12,527 nucleotides of DNA from a bacterium (GTDB lineage Bacteria; CALINM01): contig JBEQAF010000066.1 of assembly GCA_041640455.1 (NCBI GenBank), forward strand, positions 1-12,527, given 5' to 3'. Numbering within the stretch: position 1 is the stretch's first letter; each line of letters starts with the position of its first letter. The translations under genes were made by a program, and so were the position numbers. Of the stretch, positions 1-5,817 are shown in pieces. The notes beneath the pieces were generated by a model. It saw only the letters and a program-made list of their open reading frames with translations. It ran no database searches and was not told the DNA's origin.

Positions 1-1854
1 AAGTTCGGAGTAGTCACATGGTTTGAGTTTTCCGATTCGGGCTATCTCATCAAAAAGGAAGAGCGTTTTGATAACTACGATCCGACAGAGCGTCCATGGT
101 ATAAACTGGCAGAAAAAAATAATCAAATAAACTTTTCTGACCCCTATGTTTTTAGAACCACAAGGGATGTGGGGATTACAGCTTCTCTTAATCTCTCTGA
201 AAAAAAGGATTATAAGCTAATAATTGGCATGGATATTATGTTAAAAGACCTTTCAGATCTTTTATCTGAAGAGCTCACAGATGGAAAAAGATATGAGTTC
301 TATCTTCTCAGAGAAAGAGGCGAGATTGTGGCTTCCAATGATAGAAATTTTAAAAATCTTCTTGAGAAAAAGAAACTTATTCCCTCCTTTGATGACCGTG
401 ATTTTAAATTTCTTAAAAAGCCCCTTCAGGAATATGTGTTTGACAAGAAAAATTTTGGAGAGATTGAAAGTAACGGGAAAACATTTTTTTATAACATCAG
501 CAAGATAATTGAAATAACCAACGAGGCGTACTACATTATCACAGTCTATGATAAAAAATCATTATATAAAAAATTTTCCAGCACACTCATAATAAAATCA
601 ATTTTTTTAATAATTTTTTTAGTAAGCGCTTCTATCTTCTACGTCAGGCATTATATTGCACCAATCATTAACCTGAATAATGCCATTAAAAAATTTAGAA
701 CCAATGGATTTTTACCTGTTCTAAAAAAACGTCAGGATGAGATAGGTGAGCTATCTTCAGAGATTGAAAGATTTATAGCAGATATAAATCAAAAAGAGCT
801 TAATCTTAAGTCTCTCCTTAACTATTACAGCATCATATTCTTTAATAATCCGGCACCGCTTGTAATCTGTGAAAAGGAAAGTGGAAAGATACAGGATATA
901 AACAAAGCATTTATAGATACCTTTGGCTATTCAAAAAAAGCACTTTTAAACGAGGATATAAAAAATCTGATCATCTCTATTGATCACACATTTTTTATAA
1001 AGAAATATGGGGTAAAAACCCCTGTTGAGCTTTTCAAAAACAGTTTTACTATAGATAATAAAGAGTTTGAGATAATCTCTATTATTGATATCTCAGAAAA
1101 GATTAGTCTTGAGGAGAAAAGAGCTCAGCTTAAAAAACTGGAGACCGTAGGACGGCTTGGTGCTGGCTTTGCGCATCAGTTTAATAATATGCTTACTGCC
1201 ATAATTGGCTATGCAAGTCTTGCAGAGGCGCTATCATCTGGGAATAAGGAGCTTAATGGTTATATTCAGAACATTTTAAAGGTTTCAAACAAGGCGGCAC
1301 AGCTGGTTAGTGCCATTCTCTCTTACAGCGGCAAACAGATGGTCTTTAAAAACACTATAAAAATCAATGAGTTTATTAATCTCTTAAAGGATGATTTCAG
1401 ACATTTAGTGGGAGATAAAATCTCTCTTTATATTAAACTACCAGAGGAAGATGCAGAGGTTATGGCAGATAAAGAGCTACTTTTTGTAGCTATAAAAAAT
1501 ATTCTTGAAAATGCGAGGGAATCCATTCAGGATTCGGGTACTATAACTATCTCTGTAGAAAAGATAGGAGATCTTAAGGGCTATGAAAATGATATTATAA
1601 GATTTAATCCCCACTTTTTTGGAGAAGAACTAAAAGATTCATATATCAGGATAGCTATCTCTGATACTGGAAAGGGTATAGAAGAACATATTCTAAACAA
1701 GGTTTTTGAGCCTTTTTTCTCCACAAAAGGTGTTGATAGAAAAGGGCTTGGCCTTTCGTCAGCCTATGGTATTATATTAAGTCATCAGGGGTTTATGACC
1801 ATAGAAAGTATAGAAAATGAGGGTACCTGTGTGAACATATTTATACCCGTATAA
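1..1854 (+). CDS. Membrane sensor histidine kinase, dCache_1-TM-HAMP-PAS-HisKA-HATPase (5'-truncated by the window)
   Basis: Frame 1 is open from base 1 (KFGVVTWFEFSDSGYLIKKEERFDNYDPTERPWYK...FSDPY), so the ORF-track start at 169 is an internal GTG. It contains the dCache motif YDPTERPWY, a TM segment (LIIKSIFLIIFLVSASIFYV), HAMP (PIINL...RQDEIGELS), PAS-like (NPAPLVI...INKAFIDTFGYSK), H-box GFAHQFNN, N-box NILENARE, G1 DTGKGI, F-box FEPFFST and G2 GLGL. Stop TAA at 1852-1854. Confidence 0.93.
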   Translation, partial: KFGVVTWFEFSDSGYLIKKEERFDNYDPTERPWYKLAEKNNQINFSDPYVFRTTRDVGITASLNLSEKKDYKLIIGMDIMLKDLSDLLSEELTDGKRYEFYLLRERGEIVASNDRNFKNLLEKKKLIPSFDDRDFKFLKKPLQEYVFDKKNFGEIESNGKTFFYNISKIIEITNEAYYIITVYDKKSLYKKFSSTLIIKSIFLIIFLVSASIFYVRHYIAPIINLNNAIKKFRTNGFLPVLKKRQDEIGELSSEIERFIADINQKELNLKSLLNYYSIIFFNNPAPLVICEKESGKIQDINKAFIDTFGYSKKALLNEDIKNLIISIDHTFFIKKYGVKTPVELFKNSFTIDNKEFEIISIIDISEKISLEEKRAQLKKLETVGRLGAGFAHQFNNMLTAIIGYASLAEALSSGNKELNGYIQNILKVSNKAAQLVSAILSYSGKQMVFKNTIKINEFINLLKDDFRHLVGDKISLYIKLPEEDAEVMADKELLFVAIKNILENARESIQDSGTITISVEKIGDLKGYENDIIRFNPHFFGEELKDSYIRIAISDTGKGIEEHILNKVFEPFFSTKGVDRKGLGLSSAYGIILSHQGFMTIESIENEGTCVNIFIPV

Positions 1855-1878
1855 TCATCTGATTAAAAAGAGGCTTAT

Positions 1879-2319
1879 ATGCTGAAAGAGCTTTATTTCA
1901 CTGAAAGCTGTTTTGTCTGCGGTAGAAATAATAAAGATGGGCTCCATTATAAGATTGAACGGGGAGGGGACAGAGCCATACTGAACTGTGTTGTTGAAGA
2001 AAAATATCAGAGCTTTGACGGTGTAGCCCATGGAGGAGTTGTAAGCCTTCTGATAGACGAGGTGCTCTGGTATGCCTTTTATTTTAATGGGCTAATTACG
2101 GTCACCAAAAAGCTGGAGATAAATTTTTTAAAACCTCTGTTAACTGGAGAAAATATCAGATGTGAAGGTTGGGTGGTAAAGCCCATATCAGAAGGGACAT
2201 ACGAAGGACGAGCTGAAATCTCAAATTCCAATGGAGAGCTTATATCATTTGCCCGAGGAAAATTTGTAGTCAAAGATGAGCTAAAAGATAAGATCCTTGT
2301 TTTCTTCAATAAAGCCTGA
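1879..2319 (+). CDS. PaaI-family (hotdog-fold) acyl-CoA thioesterase
   Basis: 146 aa. N-terminal CFVCGxxNxxGL, HGGVVSLLIDE catalytic helix motif, VTKKLEINFLKP strand and C-terminal ARGKFV. SD-like AAGAGG at 1868-1873. Confidence 0.88.
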   Translation: MLKELYFTESCFVCGRNNKDGLHYKIERGGDRAILNCVVEEKYQSFDGVAHGGVVSLLIDEVLWYAFYFNGLITVTKKLEINFLKPLLTGENIRCEGWVVKPISEGTYEGRAEISNSNGELISFARGKFVVKDELKDKILVFFNKA

Positions 2320-2874
2320 TTCCTTAAGTATATCTGTAAGATCCATAATAATCTTTGCCGTGACTCCAAAAATCCTGACTCCATCAACATCAAAGATATA
2401 ATTTTCTCTTACCAGATCAGCCCTTTTATAAATCTCCTTTCTTGGCTCTTTTAGAAAACATCTTAGAGGAATTATATATACCTCGTCTATCTCTTCTCTG
2501 TTATATGAGTAAGGACAGAAATAGGGAATTCTTGCAAGAAAGGTGGTTATATGAAAGTTTGATATACTAATATAGTCATCCAGCAGTCCTATAATATCCA
2601 CCTCTTGCTGGGGAATGCCTATCTCCTCATAAAGCTCTCTTAAAGCCGTATCAAGCCTGGTTGCATCGGAAAGGTCTGCCCTGCCCCCGGGAAATGAGAC
2701 CTCTCCTTTATGATGGTTTAGTTTCAACGACCTCTTGGTCAGAAGAATGGAAATTCGGTTATTTAAAACCAAAGGGATTACAACAGAAGCAGGCTTATAG
2801 CCTTCTTCATCTATACAATGTCTTTTCCTTAATTTTAAATATTCTGTTAAGGGTTCTAATCTCATCAAAGGCAA
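2281..2874 (-). CDS. CoA pyrophosphatase (Nudix hydrolase, NudL/PCD1-like)
   Basis: CoA-specific motif LLTKRSLKLNHHKGEVSFPGG directly followed by the Nudix box GRADLSDATRLDTALRELYEEIG, and C-terminal IFGVTAKI. The start is uncertain: TTG at 2874 or 2868, or ATG at 2865. Confidence 0.9.
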   Translation of the reverse strand: MPLMRLEPLTEYLKLRKRHCIDEEGYKPASVVIPLVLNNRISILLTKRSLKLNHHKGEVSFPGGRADLSDATRLDTALRELYEEIGIPQQEVDIIGLLDDYISISNFHITTFLARIPYFCPYSYNREEIDEVYIIPLRCFLKEPRKEIYKRADLVRENYIFDVDGVRIFGVTAKIIMDLTDILKESGFIEENKDLIF

Positions 2875-2877
2875 AAA

Positions 2878-3567
2878 CTACTCTTCTTTTTCAGGATATC
2901 TTTCAAGTGAACAGCTTGTATACTCTTTGTGCTCCCTGGTTAGCTCTAAAAGTCTTTTCTCGATGTCTCTAAGCTGTTCTGTAAGACATTTTATAACCTG
3001 TGCCTCTGGGTCTGGTAGCTTTTCACCAATCTCAACTTTTGCACCGCCCCTGTAGGTAACTCTTCCAGGAACACCTACCACTGTTGAATTATCAGGCACA
3101 TCCTTAACTACCACTGATCCGGCTCCAACGAGACAGTTATTTCCTATAACTATGGGACCCAGGATCTTTGCACCTGCACCAATAACTACATTATTTCCTA
3201 TGGTAGGATGTCTTTTCCCCTTTTTCCATGAGGTGCCTCCTAAGGTTACACCATGATAAATAGTAACATCATCCCCCACCTCGGCTGTTTCGCCTATAAC
3301 TACACCCATCCCGTGGTCAATAAAAAATCTTCTACCAATCTTTGCGCCAGGATGTATCTCTATGCCTGTTAAAAACCTTGCTATGTGTGAAACAAACCTG
3401 CCTAAAAAGAAAAATTTCTTCTCCCAAAAAAAATGGGCTATTCTATAAAAAAGAATGGCGTGAAAACCAGGATAACAGAAAATTATCTCCCATACATTTC
3501 TTGCTGCCGGGTCTCTTTCAAAAACACAGTTTATATCTTCCCAGATATTTTTTAAAAACTTACCCAT
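2878..3567 (-). CDS. cysE: Serine O-acetyltransferase
   Basis: [59 protein letters not shown], hexapeptide repeats, VVGVPGR and LPDP are all CysE hallmarks. Confidence 0.97.
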   Translation of the reverse strand: MGKFLKNIWEDINCVFERDPAARNVWEIIFCYPGFHAILFYRIAHFFWEKKFFFLGRFVSHIARFLTGIEIHPGAKIGRRFFIDHGMGVVIGETAEVGDDVTIYHGVTLGGTSWKKGKRHPTIGNNVVIGAGAKILGPIVIGNNCLVGAGSVVVKDVPDNSTVVGVPGRVTYRGGAKVEIGEKLPDPEAQVIKCLTEQLRDIEKRLLELTREHKEYTSCSLERYPEKEE

Positions 3568-3569
3568 TT

Positions 3570-5204
3570 TTAAGCCTTTATAGGAAAAAATAGTTCCACA
3601 GTTGTTCCCTTCCCTCTCTCGCTTTTATAGTTAACCTTACAGTTATGTAGTATGGAAACCTTTTTTAGAATATTAAGCCCTACAGTTATTGCATCGCCTC
3701 TTTTTATCGTAAACACATTTTTAGCATTAAAAAAGTCATTTATCTCCTTCAACACCTTCTCAGGTATCCCCTGTCCGGTATCTTTAATTCTCAAAACAGC
3801 CTGATTATCCTCTTGAGAAAGAGATACAGAGATTATGCCTTCATTGGTATATTTTATGGCATTTCTTAGTATATGGAGTATGGTCTGAATTAGAATAAGC
3901 TGCTCGCCTTTAATAATTATGGGTATTTCTGGAAGGCTTACCTGAATCTTAATCCTTTTCTCATCAAGCTCTTTTTCTACCCTTGATATCACAGTCTTAA
4001 CAATAATATTTAAATCCACATCCCTGAACAGAAAATTTTCCGAGTCCACATCCAGCTTGGTAAGTAAAATTAGATCATCTACTGTGTTATAAATCTTCTC
4101 TGCACAGGTCAGCATAATGGACAGACTCTGCTCCTGAAGAGGAGTCAGCTCACCGAGCTCCTTATTTTTCATAAGCTTAAGATAACCAAAAAGCGGTGTA
4201 AGAGGCGTCTTGAACTCATGGGAAATGCTTTGCAAAAAGCTGCTCTTGATAGCCTCTGACCTCTCCAGCTCCCTGTAAGTTTCTTCAAGATCCCTCGTTT
4301 TTTCCTGAACCTTTTTTTCAAGATTACTTTTTATCTCCTCAAGCTCGGCTGTAACCATCTCAAGCTGTTGATTGGAAGACTGAAGCTCCTCGTTCATACT
4401 CTCCATCTCTTCAATATGCATTTTAAGCTGTTTTTCTGTGCTTATCAATCTTTGGAAACTGTCGATCAATGTGCGGGATATCTCTTTCAGCTCTCTGCTA
4501 CTGAACTGATCTATATCAATGTCAGAAAGGCTCTGATTATTTTCTATCTTTTTAGAAAGTCTTTTCAACAAAAGAATGTTTTTTAATATCTTTTTGTAAA
4601 AAAACCAAGCCAGCAGAGATATAAGAATAAGAGATATAAAATTTATGAGCAGCTCAATACGCTGATGAAAGGTTATTTTTTTTATAAGAATATTTTGCAG
4701 GTTATGTTCCATCTTATCCATATCATCTTTTATGCTAAATATTACCTCCAGAAATGTCCTTTTTGCAGATAAAAGCTGTGCTTTGGTTGCTGTTGACTTA
4801 TAATAAAGTGCTAACGTATCTTTAAACTGGGTAAGGTTTTTTGTAAGCTCTTCTTTACGTATTGAAAGTCTTTTAATAAAGGCATCATTTAAAGAGTGAC
4901 ATTGAGAGCAGCCATATTTATTTATATTGTAGTTTAGAGAAGTAATTATGTTTTCAGATTTTTCAATAAAAGGAGGTTTTATATTGTATATGATGGTCTC
5001 TTTTCCTGCTTCCTTTGAAATCTCATAAAAAAAATCTTCTACCCCCTTATTTATCTCAAAAACCTGTTCTTTTAAAAGCAGAATATTATTGTGTACCAAA
5101 ATCATGTCATTTAAAATTTTAGACTTATAATAGCTATAAAAGAAGGTTGAGATGAACCAGATAAAGGAGATAATAACCACAAAGAGGAAAGTCTTTTTCA
5201 TCAT
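3570..5204 (-). CDS. Membrane sensor histidine kinase with a periplasmic CxxCH (putative c-type heme) domain
   Basis: 544 aa. TM1 at the N-terminus, a helical extracytoplasmic region containing CSQCH, TM2 ([19 protein letters not shown]), HAMP-like segment, long coiled coil, H-box [11 protein letters not shown]-box LRNAIKYT, G1 DTGQGIP and terminal GKGTT. Start is ATG at 5204 or 5201. Confidence 0.92.
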   Translation of the reverse strand: MMKKTFLFVVIISFIWFISTFFYSYYKSKILNDMILVHNNILLLKEQVFEINKGVEDFFYEISKEAGKETIIYNIKPPFIEKSENIITSLNYNINKYGCSQCHSLNDAFIKRLSIRKEELTKNLTQFKDTLALYYKSTATKAQLLSAKRTFLEVIFSIKDDMDKMEHNLQNILIKKITFHQRIELLINFISLILISLLAWFFYKKILKNILLLKRLSKKIENNQSLSDIDIDQFSSRELKEISRTLIDSFQRLISTEKQLKMHIEEMESMNEELQSSNQQLEMVTAELEEIKSNLEKKVQEKTRDLEETYRELERSEAIKSSFLQSISHEFKTPLTPLFGYLKLMKNKELGELTPLQEQSLSIMLTCAEKIYNTVDDLILLTKLDVDSENFLFRDVDLNIIVKTVISRVEKELDEKRIKIQVSLPEIPIIIKGEQLILIQTILHILRNAIKYTNEGIISVSLSQEDNQAVLRIKDTGQGIPEKVLKEINDFFNAKNVFTIKRGDAITVGLNILKKVSILHNCKVNYKSERGKGTTVELFFPIKA

Positions 5205-5213
5205 ATAAGATAG

Positions 5214-5222
5214 ATTATATCA
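5214..5222 (-). promoter_or_regulatory. Extended -10 promoter (TGnTATAAT) for the heme-HK/cysE/Nudix unit
   Basis: The minus strand reads TGATATAAT, a perfect extended -10 consensus, ending 9 nt before the ATG at 5204. No good -35 at 17-bp spacing. Confidence 0.65.
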
Positions 5223-5252
5223 GTTTTTTAAAGTAGGATATAGCAATTTTGT

Positions 5253-5281
5253 TTTACTTTTTAATGTTTTTTTGATAAATT
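5253..5281 (+). promoter_or_regulatory. Sigma70-type promoter for the nitroreductase operon
   Basis: TTTACT (5253-5258), 17-bp spacer, TAAATT (5276-5281), with TG at the extended -10 position (5273-5274). It ends 7 nt before the ATG at 5289. Confidence 0.5.
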
Positions 5282-5288
5282 TCAGATA

Positions 5289-5804
5289 ATGTCTCTGGAA
5301 AATCAGATATTTGAAAACATTAAGGAAAGACGCAGTATAAGGGATTTTAAAGAAACTCCAATCCCTCTTGATATACTGGAAAAGCTTATTGAAGCTGGAA
5401 GCTATGCCCCATCTGGACATAATAATCAGCCCTGGCGATTTATAATTGTGAAGGACAACAATTTTAAAACCGAACTATCTAAGCTTACAGTTTATGGAAA
5501 GATTATAAACAGAGCTGATAGTCTTATCCTTGTTTTTATGGATAAAGAAGCCTCTTATCACAGGGAAAAAGATCTGATGGCAATCGGCGCCTCGATCCAG
5601 AACATTCTCCTATATGCCCATTCGCTTGGCATAGGTACATGCTGGCTGGGGGAGATATTAAAAAACGCTGAAAAAGTACGGAACCTTTGCGAACTGCCCG
5701 AACGGTATGAGCTTTTCTGTGTAATAGCACTGGGATGGATTGATAAAAAACCGAGAGCGGTCGGTAGAGAACCGATAGGTAAGCTTATTTTGAAAGTTAT
5801 TTAA
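5289..5804 (+). CDS. Nitroreductase-family flavoprotein (FMN-binding NAD(P)H oxidoreductase)
   Basis: 171 aa with RRSIRDF, APSGHNNQPWRFIIV, QNILLYAHSLGIGTCWLG and IALGW motifs. Confidence 0.93.
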   Translation: MSLENQIFENIKERRSIRDFKETPIPLDILEKLIEAGSYAPSGHNNQPWRFIIVKDNNFKTELSKLTVYGKIINRADSLILVFMDKEASYHREKDLMAIGASIQNILLYAHSLGIGTCWLGEILKNAEKVRNLCELPERYELFCVIALGWIDKKPRAVGREPIGKLILKVI

Positions 5805-5817
5805 TGAGGGTATAACT

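Noticed and set aside
169..171. ORF-track start of the first kinase
   Set aside because: It is an internal GTG. The frame is open to base 1 and encodes conserved dCache residues upstream.
281..508. 75-aa + strand alternative-frame ORF
   Set aside because: Nested inside the kinase CDS with no recognisable motif.
1909..1923. CxxC in the thioesterase as a heme or redox site
   Set aside because: CFVCG lacks the following His and is a common N-terminal motif of this thioesterase subfamily.
4260..4420. Quasi-periodic AGCT/CTC-rich sequence
   Set aside because: It reflects Glu/Leu/Gln heptads of the kinase coiled coil, not a DNA repeat or CRISPR array.
2079..4586. Small ORFs 2079-2393 (-), 2661-2972 (+), 3342-3593 (+) and 4368-4586 (+)
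   Set aside because: They overlap well-supported genes, mostly antisense, and have no protein-family features.
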